From Patescibacteria group bacterium (GTDB lineage: Bacteria; Patescibacteriota; Minisyncoccia; UBA6257; HR35): a DNA stretch of 32,000 bases. The stretch lies in contig JAUQQN010000004.1 in NCBI GenBank assembly GCA_030549845.1, positions 10,269 to 42,268 on the forward strand, read 5' to 3'. The notes beneath the pieces were generated by a model. The model was given only the letters and a program-made list of their open reading frames with translations, had not been told where the DNA came from and did not search any database. The translations under genes and the position numbers were made by a program. This document shows positions 15,814 through 23,658 of the stretch, in pieces. Within the stretch, counting starts at the first letter, position 1. Each line of letters starts with the position of its first letter.

Positions 15814-18099
15814 CTATTTTACAACAAAGCTTTGGGTAAAATTTGGAAGAGGAGGCTTTTTTATTTTTTGCCATTTTTCATCAGTAAGCCGATCTCTCAT
15901 CGGATGTTTAAATTCATAATATGAGAAAATTGGGCCAGAGGTTAAATATAATTCACCGCCATCTTTTACCACTACTAATAAATTTAGAGGTTTCCCGATC
16001 GCTTCTTCCAGAACTTGAAATGTATTGCTATCTGTATGAACATCTGCGATGATTTCCATTTTTGTATCTGTTTCTGAAGCAATTTCTTTCATTTCTTTTA
16101 TAGAAAAACTAACCAAATTTTCAAGGATGTGACCTATATTTTTAATAAATTCGTAATCATCCTTTTCTAAATCCTTATTCGTTAATTCTTTTTCAGATAT
16201 TGTCTTTAGGGTCAAAAGAATTTCTTCCATTTTTGTAAGTTTGTATTTGTATTCAGAGCTTAACAAATTTCTCGATTCTAATCCTTCTCGCATGAATTTT
16301 GCTAAAGAAGCAAGCCGAGCGTATACTTCAGGATTAGGTTCTACATAGCCACGGTCTTTTACTGGAGGCCCTGGCTCGAATTCTATAGGCGAAAGAATTT
16401 CCCTAATAGTATAACTTTGTTTTGCATAAAGAATTGTATCATGTCGCAGTTCTGTCCAAGAACCTAAAAATGAATTTAAATCTTTATCCAACCAAGCAGC
16501 TTGTCGCATAAATATTGGATAACCTTTACCTTTCACTGTAAGTGTCGGCAAAAGTGAATACAACCAATTCCAGTATAAATTTTCCACCCATTTGTTTTGT
16601 GGAAGTGATGAAAATTCTTGTCTAAGTTTTTGAAACTGCTCGTTATATCCATAAAAAGCAGAATCCCCTTCTCTATCAAGAATTTCTTTTGCTCTTTTTG
16701 AACCTAAAACTGCAGCAACATCTAAGCCTCTAGGAAAAGCTCTAACGGTTTGAAGTCCGATTGTTTCTGCTGTAAATGGCTGTGGCTCAGTCCCAATGTA
16801 ATCTTTTACATTTGGAAAAACAAGTTGATGAAATATATAAGAATCTGGAACAAAACGTTGTCCCATAAAACGAAAACCTTTAGTTGCCTCAGTAGGATCT
16901 TCTGTTTTTAGAACAAATGAAGAGAAAATTTTAGGACCTAGTAATTTTTTAAGTTCGGCAATTACTTGATCAATTTTTCTATCGTCGGCAAGACTATTAA
17001 CAGATATGTTTTCTCCAAAAACTTTTTTCATTACATTAAAATAATCATAAACATTAAAATCATCTGTTTTACCTACAAAAAAACTAGTAACTTGGTAAAT
17101 TCTATCCCAAACCTTTAATGCATCTTCTTGATTAACTTTCGCCTGTTTAAGCATTAATGAAATCAATAAGGCTTGACGTGTTTCTTCTTGTGAAGTAATT
17201 CTAAACCTCATTCTCCCATACCACATCATTGTTTTAAAATACTTTTTGAAATCTTCATTTCGAGTATAATGCCCGCGTGGGATATATTGACTGTAATCTT
17301 CTATATAGCCAAAAATAGGAGAATATTGAAAGCCTTCATGTTTATCAATTAAACTTAACTCTTTCTCCACAATATTTTTAACATCAGCTGGAACTGAAGT
17401 TTCTGGTTCAAGTAACTTTGAAGCGACCGCAAAATAAGCGACATTTTTCCTAGCGGCAGATTTCAGCTTAGGATCAGTAATGCTATTATACTGATTTATA
17501 GCTGTTTGTAGTAATACTTTGTTTAAGTTTTTTAAATCAGGTATAAATTTATTTAACTCTATATTTCGCAAAGTGTAATCATAAAGAATATGGAAAGCAT
17601 GTAAAACAGAATCAATGGTAACAAAATTTGGTCGACCATTTTCGGTGTTGTCCTTATAAATAGAATAAATTTCATCATATTTAGTTGGTATTGCAACAAA
17701 ACCTTGTTTTATCAACTTTTGTTTAACTTTGTTGCTTAGATTAAATTTTTGCCTATTCTTAATTTTATTCCAATTTACTGGTAGGTTATAGGAGTCAGCA
17801 TTTGGAATTATGTCTACAGTATATGGTTTATATTCAGCAAATTCTGTTAAAATCGTAGATTTTATAGAAATCGGTTGTTCTGTCTCAATCAATTCAGCTG
17901 ATTGGTATAGCTCAGGTGATTGTTGGTTACTTTTGTTACGATAAAAGAAGGTAAGAATAGTTATGGTGATAACACATAAAATACTAGTAATAATCAAAAT
18001 TTTTTTCTTAGCTTTTAGCTTTGATATCACAGAGGAGTTTCGATAATTTTCTTGCAAAGGCTCGTTTGGTTTATGCGGATTAAAATTTTTATCATCCAT
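15814..18099 (-). CDS. large membrane-anchored extracytoplasmic protein, probably DUF3160 family
   Basis: 761 aa with one N-terminal TM helix (ILIITSILCVITITILTFF). The overall size and segments such as YSQYIPRGHYT recall DUF3160. The family call is from memory. Confidence 0.6.
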   Translation of the reverse strand: MDDKNFNPHKPNEPLQENYRNSSVISKLKAKKKILIITSILCVITITILTFFYRNKSNQQSPELYQSAELIETEQPISIKSTILTEFAEYKPYTVDIIPNADSYNLPVNWNKIKNRQKFNLSNKVKQKLIKQGFVAIPTKYDEIYSIYKDNTENGRPNFVTIDSVLHAFHILYDYTLRNIELNKFIPDLKNLNKVLLQTAINQYNSITDPKLKSAARKNVAYFAVASKLLEPETSVPADVKNIVEKELSLIDKHEGFQYSPIFGYIEDYSQYIPRGHYTRNEDFKKYFKTMMWYGRMRFRITSQEETRQALLISLMLKQAKVNQEDALKVWDRIYQVTSFFVGKTDDFNVYDYFNVMKKVFGENISVNSLADDRKIDQVIAELKKLLGPKIFSSFVLKTEDPTEATKGFRFMGQRFVPDSYIFHQLVFPNVKDYIGTEPQPFTAETIGLQTVRAFPRGLDVAAVLGSKRAKEILDREGDSAFYGYNEQFQKLRQEFSSLPQNKWVENLYWNWLYSLLPTLTVKGKGYPIFMRQAAWLDKDLNSFLGSWTELRHDTILYAKQSYTIREILSPIEFEPGPPVKDRGYVEPNPEVYARLASLAKFMREGLESRNLLSSEYKYKLTKMEEILLTLKTISEKELTNKDLEKDDYEFIKNIGHILENLVSFSIKEMKEIASETDTKMEIIADVHTDSNTFQVLEEAIGKPLNLLVVVKDGGELYLTSGPIFSYYEFKHPMRDRLTDEKWQKIKKPPLPNFTQSFVVK

Positions 18100-18116
18100 G
18101 TTTTCTTCTTATATGA

Positions 18117-19943
18117 TTAAATATGATCTCTATTAAAAACTTCTGAATTCAAAATTTCTTCAAATTTTTCAAAAGGCAAATCTCCCAAATCTCCTTCTTT
18201 ATGTTTTCTTACAGAAATTTTATTTTCAGATATTTCTTTATCGCCTATGATGATCATATAAGGTATTTTTTCTTTTTCTGCTTTTAGTATTCTCTTTGAT
18301 AATGTTTCATCTGGTTCCCAGATTTCAACCCTAAAATTGTCTTTCAACTTGTAAAGAATTTTTTTTGCATAATCCATGTGTTTATCATTAATCGGTAAAA
18401 TAACTATTTGTATAGGTGCTAACCATAAAGGAAAATCTCCGCCATAATTTTCAATTAACAAACCGAAAAATCTTTCAATTGATCCCAAAAGCGCTCTATG
18501 AATCATAAATGGTGTTTTTGCTTTTCCATCTTTATCAACATAAGTGATATCAAATCTTTTTGGTAAATTAAAATCTAATTGAATCGTTGAAATTTGCCAG
18601 GTTCTTCCTAATACATCTTTTACTTTTATGTCTATTTTGGGCCCATAAAAAGCTGCTTCACCTTTCATTATTTTATATTCCCAGCCAGTTTTTTCTATTG
18701 CTTTTTTTAACGCATTAATAGCAAATCTCCAATCTTTTTCTGATCCTAAATAATCTTTTTTCTTAGCAGGATTCCATATGCTTAGTTCTACAAAAAATTC
18801 TTTAAATCCAAATTTTTCTAGGACATATTTTACTAAATTAACACAATTTAAAATTTCTTCTTCTAATTGTTCTCTAGTGCATAAAATATGACCATCATCT
18901 TGAGTAAATCCCCTAACCCTTGTAAGCCCTGATAAAGTTCCTGATCTTTCATATCTATAAACTGTACCAAGTTCTGCATATCTTATTGGTAAATCGCGGT
19001 AGCTTTTAGGAGAGTTTTTATAAATCATTAAATGAAACGGGCAATTCATTGGTTTTAGATAGTATTTTTCATTTTCGATATCAATTGGAGAGTACATATT
19101 TTCTTTATAAAAACTTAAATGCCCTGATGTCTCAAATAAAGTTTCTTTTGCTATATGTGGAGTAAATACTAATTGATAACCATTATTTTTATAAGTTTCG
19201 ATAACAAAATCTTGGATTATTTGCCTAATTATCCCTCCTTTGGGAAGCCATAAGATTAAACCAGCACCAATTAATGGATTCGTAGTAAAAAGCCCTAATT
19301 CTTCACCTAGTTTTCTATGATCTCTTTTTTCAATTTCTTCTTGAAGCTTAAGATAGTTCTCTAATTCTTCTTTTGTTTTAAAAGCAATTCCATAAATTCT
19401 AGTAAGCATTGGATTATTCTCATTTCCTCTCCAATAAGCTCCTGCAATTTTTACTAATTTGAAGCCATCTAGGGGTATTTCTCCGCTTCTTTTAACATGG
19501 CCTCCTTCGCATAAATCAATAAAATCTCCTGACTTATAAATTGTTACTTTTTTTATCTTTTTAGGTTTTTTCTTTTTTGTTTTAATCTCTATTATTTCAT
19601 CATAATCTGTTGTTCCATATTTTTGAAGATCATTTAAAAGTTCAATCTTAAAAGGTTGTTTCAATTTTTTAAATAAATTTTTTGCTGATTTTAAAGAAAT
19701 TTCTTTTTTTTCAAATTTAATGTTTGCTTTAATCAATTCTTTGATACCATTCTCTAAATCCTGAAGAATATTCTCATCAATTTTTTTTGAAAATAAAATA
19801 TCATAATAAAAGCCATTTTCAATAACAGGGCCTACACCAAATTTTGCTTTTGGATCAATTTTAAGAGCAACTGTTGCTAAAAGATGAGCTAATGAATGCC
19901 TTATTTTGTATAAATCATCTAATTTCCTTGAAGATTTAACCAT
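18117..19943 (-). CDS. thrS: threonine--tRNA ligase lacking the N-terminal TGS domain
   Basis: It starts directly at the editing-domain HxxxH motif (RHSLAHLL), with CEGGHV further on. Class II motifs are present (YRYERSG, FTQDDGH, GPKID), as is the anticodon-binding domain. Length is 608 aa. Confidence 0.9.
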   Translation of the reverse strand: MVKSSRKLDDLYKIRHSLAHLLATVALKIDPKAKFGVGPVIENGFYYDILFSKKIDENILQDLENGIKELIKANIKFEKKEISLKSAKNLFKKLKQPFKIELLNDLQKYGTTDYDEIIEIKTKKKKPKKIKKVTIYKSGDFIDLCEGGHVKRSGEIPLDGFKLVKIAGAYWRGNENNPMLTRIYGIAFKTKEELENYLKLQEEIEKRDHRKLGEELGLFTTNPLIGAGLILWLPKGGIIRQIIQDFVIETYKNNGYQLVFTPHIAKETLFETSGHLSFYKENMYSPIDIENEKYYLKPMNCPFHLMIYKNSPKSYRDLPIRYAELGTVYRYERSGTLSGLTRVRGFTQDDGHILCTREQLEEEILNCVNLVKYVLEKFGFKEFFVELSIWNPAKKKDYLGSEKDWRFAINALKKAIEKTGWEYKIMKGEAAFYGPKIDIKVKDVLGRTWQISTIQLDFNLPKRFDITYVDKDGKAKTPFMIHRALLGSIERFFGLLIENYGGDFPLWLAPIQIVILPINDKHMDYAKKILYKLKDNFRVEIWEPDETLSKRILKAEKEKIPYMIIIGDKEISENKISVRKHKEGDLGDLPFEKFEEILNSEVFNRDHI

Positions 19944-20434
19944 TCTTTTAATTCTTTAATTTGGCTATCATTTAATATTTTATATTCTTCAATAAGATTT
20001 AAAATAATTTTATAATCATTTTTAATAAATTCAAAATTTATTTCATGAAACCTTCTTAATTTGTCTATTAATAAAAATATTTGTTCGCAAAATTCGAAAA
20101 GGTATTTTTGAGCTTTTTCTTTATTGTAAGCATTATTTAATTCTTCTCTTACTTCTAAAAGTACCTCTTTTAAGTTTTGAAGGTCTAATCTTCTTATAGG
20201 AACTTGATTTACAGCTTCATTGGTTTTTCTATATGTTATTAATTCAAAAATTTCTTTTATTTTCATCCCTTTTTCAGTTATTTTAAAAAATCTTAAGCAA
20301 TATCCAACTTCTAAATAATTTTCTTCTTGAATAGTTTTAACTTCTATTTTTAATGACAATCTTCTGTTATTTATCTTTAATTCAAAAGGCTCTACTGTAT
20401 CCAAAAATGGTTTAAATTCTGGATGTTTTCTCAT
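19919..20434 (-). CDS. hypothetical protein
   Basis: 171-aa ORF with an ATG start, overlapping the thrS start by 25 nt. I recognise no motif. Confidence 0.5.
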   Translation of the reverse strand: MRKHPEFKPFLDTVEPFELKINNRRLSLKIEVKTIQEENYLEVGYCLRFFKITEKGMKIKEIFELITYRKTNEAVNQVPIRRLDLQNLKEVLLEVREELNNAYNKEKAQKYLFEFCEQIFLLIDKLRRFHEINFEFIKNDYKIILNLIEEYKILNDSQIKELKEWLNLQGN

Positions 20435-20459
20435 AAAAAAATTTTAGCAAAATAAAATT

Positions 20460-20495
20460 GGCCGGGTGCAGCCCCCATCTCTCTTGCCCCCGGCC
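20460..20495 (-). terminator. GC-rich hairpin followed by a U-rich tract (minus strand), possible terminator or attenuator
   Basis: The stem GGCCGGG (20460-20466) pairs with CCCGGCC (20489-20495). On the minus strand it is followed by AAUUUUAUUUU and lies 25 nt before the ATG of the 171-aa ORF. Confidence 0.4.
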
Positions 20496-20505
20496 CACCA
20501 CTTTC

Positions 20506-20613
20506 TCATCTCTTCTTTCTTTGTTTTCTTTTGCGGGCGGTTGACTTCAGTCGCCCGCAATTTTGGCACCTACCATTTCGGTAGGTGCCTTTTTTACACC
20601 GCTTACACTTCAT
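20506..20613 (-). CDS. unannotated 35-aa zinc-ribbon-like polybasic microprotein (alternatively part of a structured RNA)
   Basis: My translation is MKCKRCKKGTYRNGRCQNCGRLKSTARKRKQRKKR, giving CxxC-x9-CxxC plus a basic tail. GGAAGGAGGTG lies at 20631-20621, with the AGGAGG core 9 nt from the ATG. The ORF is below the ORF-track size threshold. Confidence 0.5.
   Translation of the reverse strand: MKCKRCKKGTYRNGRCQNCGRLKSTARKRKQRKKR
20565..20595 (+). terminator. perfect 10-bp hairpin plus T6, a plus-strand intrinsic-terminator shape
   Basis: ggcacctacc (20565-74), atttc loop, ggtaggtgcc (20580-89), then tttttt (20590-95). It lies inside the minus-strand micro-ORF, so its role is ambiguous. Confidence 0.35.
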
Positions 20614-20647
20614 TTTATCCCACCTCCTTCCTCTAGAGTAACATTTA

Positions 20648-20677
20648 ATTATATAATTTTTCCCTTTTTTGTGTCAA
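20648..20677 (-). promoter_or_regulatory. consensus sigma70-type promoter (TTGACA, 18 nt, TATAAT) on the minus strand
   Basis: The reverse complement of 20672-20677 is TTGACA, and that of 20648-20653 is TATAAT. The -35 box overlaps the TGA stop (20674-20676) of the upstream membrane-protein gene. Confidence 0.55.
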
Positions 20678-21534
20678 GAGTTTTTTGGTATATTTTGAAG
20701 ATATTTTGTCAAAAGACCTAAAATAGGAAGATATGTTGTTATTATTCTGTAATATATTAAAGAGAACAAAAATAATGTTGGATTATAACCAAGATAATAA
20801 ACATAAAGCAAAGATAAGCCTTCACTCACTCCTGTACCATATAAAAATGGAAATATAGAAGATATTATTACCCAAATTAAATAGGCTATAAAAGAATCCA
20901 TGAGTTTAACCCCTGGTAAAAATATAACGTTACTTAAATAAAAAAGATAAAAACTTAAACTTTCTATTAAAAAGGTTATTAATAGTAATTCTAGAAATTT
21001 ATAAACTTCGATATTTCTAAAAAATTTTCTTTTTATGATAAATGAAAAAATCAATATTAATAAAAATAAAACTGATGGTAAAAATATTTTAAAAATCAAA
21101 AAAACTAGAGAAAAAAACAAAAATGAGCCTAAAAATACAAAATATGTATAAATTAAATAAGAAAGTGAGGCTCTTCTGCTTTCAGATTCTAGATTAATTA
21201 TAGGAGATATAGGGCCAAAAGGAGAGAAAAGTCTTTTTGTGTGAATTTTAAAATACAAGTATGAAGATTGAATTAAATTTTTTTCAAGATCCAAAATTTT
21301 AAAAATTTTGTACCACAATAAAATATGCAATAAAGTAATTGCTAAAAATATTAAAATTGAAGAAATAAGGTAAGTTGAATTAAATAAAAAATAATTTTTA
21401 AATGAAAATAGTTCAATTAAATATCTATCTTCTATTTCTTTCAACTTATAAATTAAAAAAATTACAAAAATAAAAACAAAGATATTTTCAATTAATAATA
21501 AAATAGTTAAAATACTATTTTTATTGATTTTCAT
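20674..21534 (-). CDS. polytopic membrane protein, flippase-like (UPF0104 / LPG-synthase TM-like) family
   Basis: 286 aa with about 8 TM helices. The C-terminal pattern PFLYGTGVSEGLSLLYVYYLGYNP...YYRIITTYLP resembles the P.G.G..E...G...R signature of UPF0104. Confidence 0.5.
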   Translation of the reverse strand: MKINKNSILTILLLIENIFVFIFVIFLIYKLKEIEDRYLIELFSFKNYFLFNSTYLISSILIFLAITLLHILLWYKIFKILDLEKNLIQSSYLYFKIHTKRLFSPFGPISPIINLESESRRASLSYLIYTYFVFLGSFLFFSLVFLIFKIFLPSVLFLLILIFSFIIKRKFFRNIEVYKFLELLLITFLIESLSFYLFYLSNVIFLPGVKLMDSFIAYLIWVIISSIFPFLYGTGVSEGLSLLYVYYLGYNPTLFLFSLIYYRIITTYLPILGLLTKYLQNIPKNS

Positions 21535-21538
21535 TTTA

Positions 21539-21856
21539 TTAGTCTTTTATTTGATAGGTTCGGGCAGCGAATATAAAATATTTTAACCAATTTTTTAATT
21601 TTTCTTCATCTTCTTTATTAGTGATCTCAATTGAGCTTAAAATTTCTTCATATATTGTTTTAATCTCTTCATTTTCAGAAGGCGTAGGGATATAAAGGCC
21701 TTTTATTTCAATTTCTTTTTTTCTTATTTTTTCAAAAAGCTCTAATAAGGCCTCTTTAAATTTTTCTAAATTTTTTATTGTACAACAATTTTTAGCTGAT
21801 TCTATTGCTTTATTAATAAATTCATCTTTTGTCAAAGGCTCTATTTTTTCTTTCAT
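21539..21856 (-). CDS. hypothetical protein
   Basis: 105-aa ORF, Glu/Lys-rich and helical-looking, divergent from lepA. No motif recognised. Confidence 0.45.
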   Translation of the reverse strand: MKEKIEPLTKDEFINKAIESAKNCCTIKNLEKFKEALLELFEKIRKKEIEIKGLYIPTPSENEEIKTIYEEILSSIEITNKEDEEKLKNWLKYFIFAARTYQIKD

Positions 21857-21876
21857 TTTAAAATAATATTATAACA

Positions 21877-23658
21877 ATGGAAGGATATTTAAACAAAATA
21901 AGAAATTTTGCAATTATAGCCCACATAGATCACGGAAAATCCACTCTAGCTGATAGATTTCTAGAAATTACAAATACTATTCCTAAGGAGAAATTGATCC
22001 CCCAATATTTAGATAGATTATCTTTAGAAAGAGAAAAGGGTATAACTATTAAAATGCAACCAGTAAGAATGTTATATAATGGCTATATTCTAAATTTGAT
22101 AGACACCCCAGGACATTCTGATTTTTCTTATGAGGTTTCAAGAGCTTTATATGCTGTTGAGGGAGCAATTCTTTTAATCGATGGTACACAGGGAATTCAA
22201 GCTCAAACTGTTTCAAACTTAAATATAGCTCAAGACCTTGGAATTAGAATAATTCCAGCTATTAACAAAATTGATTTGAACATAATAGAGATTGATAAAT
22301 TAGTAAATGACATCCAAAATCTTTTAAGAACTAAAGATATAAAAATTCATTTAATATCAGCAAAGCTTGGTACAGGAGTTAATGAACTTTTAGATACTAT
22401 CATAAAAGAAATTCCAAAACCAAAAATTTTGTCTGAAAAACCTATTGCTTTAATTTTTGACTCACACTTTGATAAACATAAAGGTGTTATTGCTCATATA
22501 AGAGTTTTTGGTGGTGAGTTTAAAAAAAATGAAAAATATTACTTAAAAGCCGTAGGTTGTCAATTCAAAGCCTTAGAAGTAGGATATTTTACGCCTGATT
22601 TAAAAGAAGCTGACGCCCTAAGAGCAGGTGAAATAGGTTATATTGCTACAGGAATAAAAGAACCAAATATCATAAAGATAGGAGATAGCATAACCAAAGA
22701 TATGAATCAAGAAGCTATTCCAGGTTATAAGGAACCTCAGCCTGTAATTTTTGCTTCGGTTTTCCCCTCAGAAGAGATTTCTTATGAAAAATTCAAAGAC
22801 AATGTTTTTAAATTACAATTAAATGACCCAGCAATCAAATTAGAAAATATAAATTCTCCTGTTTTTGGAAGAGGTTTTTTAATTGGCTGTTTAGGTTTAT
22901 TACATCTTGAAATCTTTCAAGAAAGACTTAAAAGAGAAATGGAAACAGAAGTTATCTTAACAATGCCGTCAATAAAATATAAAGTTATTTTAAAAAATGG
23001 AAAAGAAATTTATATACAAAATCCAAAGGATCTTCCTGATGCCTCACAAATTCAAGAAATTCAAGAGCCTTGGGTTAAGGTTTTTATTTACTCTCCATTT
23101 ACATATATTGAAGATATCTATGAATTATTAAAAACTAAAAGAGGGATGATTTGTGGACAAAAAATTTATGAAGGATTTTTAGAAATTGAAGGAGAACTTC
23201 CTCTAGATGAATTAATTACAGGATTTTTTGACAAATTAAAATCGGTAACTTCTGGATATGCTACATTAAATTATGAATTTTTAGAATATAGAAGGGGAGA
23301 TCTTGTTAAGTTAGATATCTTGATAGCAGAAGAGATCAATCCTTCGCTTTCAAGAATAGTTGTAAAAAATAAGGCAGAAGAAATAGGAAGAAAAATTTTA
23401 ATTGAGCTAAAAAATTCTTTACCAAGAGAACAATTTCCAATTAAATTACAAGCTGCAATTGGGGGGAAAATAATCGCAAGAGAAACAATTCCTGCTTTAA
23501 AAGCTGATGTTGCTGGTTGGCTTTATGGAGGAGATATAACTCGAAAAATTAAATTATGGCAAAAGCAAAAAAGGGGTAAAAAGAAATTACAAAAATTGGG
23601 CAAAGGAAAAGTACGAGTTCCTAATGAAGTTTTAATAAAAATTTTTAGAATCTATTAA
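21877..23658 (+). CDS. lepA: elongation factor 4 (LepA)
   Basis: GTPase motifs AHIDHGKST, DTPGH and NKID are present. The LepA-specific C-terminal part includes GYATLNYEF. Confidence 0.9.
   Translation: MEGYLNKIRNFAIIAHIDHGKSTLADRFLEITNTIPKEKLIPQYLDRLSLEREKGITIKMQPVRMLYNGYILNLIDTPGHSDFSYEVSRALYAVEGAILLIDGTQGIQAQTVSNLNIAQDLGIRIIPAINKIDLNIIEIDKLVNDIQNLLRTKDIKIHLISAKLGTGVNELLDTIIKEIPKPKILSEKPIALIFDSHFDKHKGVIAHIRVFGGEFKKNEKYYLKAVGCQFKALEVGYFTPDLKEADALRAGEIGYIATGIKEPNIIKIGDSITKDMNQEAIPGYKEPQPVIFASVFPSEEISYEKFKDNVFKLQLNDPAIKLENINSPVFGRGFLIGCLGLLHLEIFQERLKREMETEVILTMPSIKYKVILKNGKEIYIQNPKDLPDASQIQEIQEPWVKVFIYSPFTYIEDIYELLKTKRGMICGQKIYEGFLEIEGELPLDELITGFFDKLKSVTSGYATLNYEFLEYRRGDLVKLDILIAEEINPSLSRIVVKNKAEEIGRKILIELKNSLPREQFPIKLQAAIGGKIIARETIPALKADVAGWLYGGDITRKIKLWQKQKRGKKKLQKLGKGKVRVPNEVLIKIFRIY

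Noticed and set aside
20440-20640. T-box riboswitch or E. coli-type thrS operator upstream of the thrS operon
   Set aside because: The stems are short and perfect, without the long interrupted Stem I, specifier loop or K-turn. The T-box consensus (AANNNGGGUGGNACCGCG) is only loosely echoed by GUGGUGGGCCGGG. No hairpin loop shows a Thr anticodon-like CUNGUAA. I cannot exclude a novel leader, and this is covered in the findings.
20440-20640. Known small RNAs (SRP/4.5S, 6S, tmRNA, RNase P) as the explanation for the GC island
   Set aside because: No GGAA-tetraloop helix-8 motif with symmetric or asymmetric loops is present. The block is too short for tmRNA or RNase P, and it has no tRNA-like end. 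This needs cmscan to be definitive.
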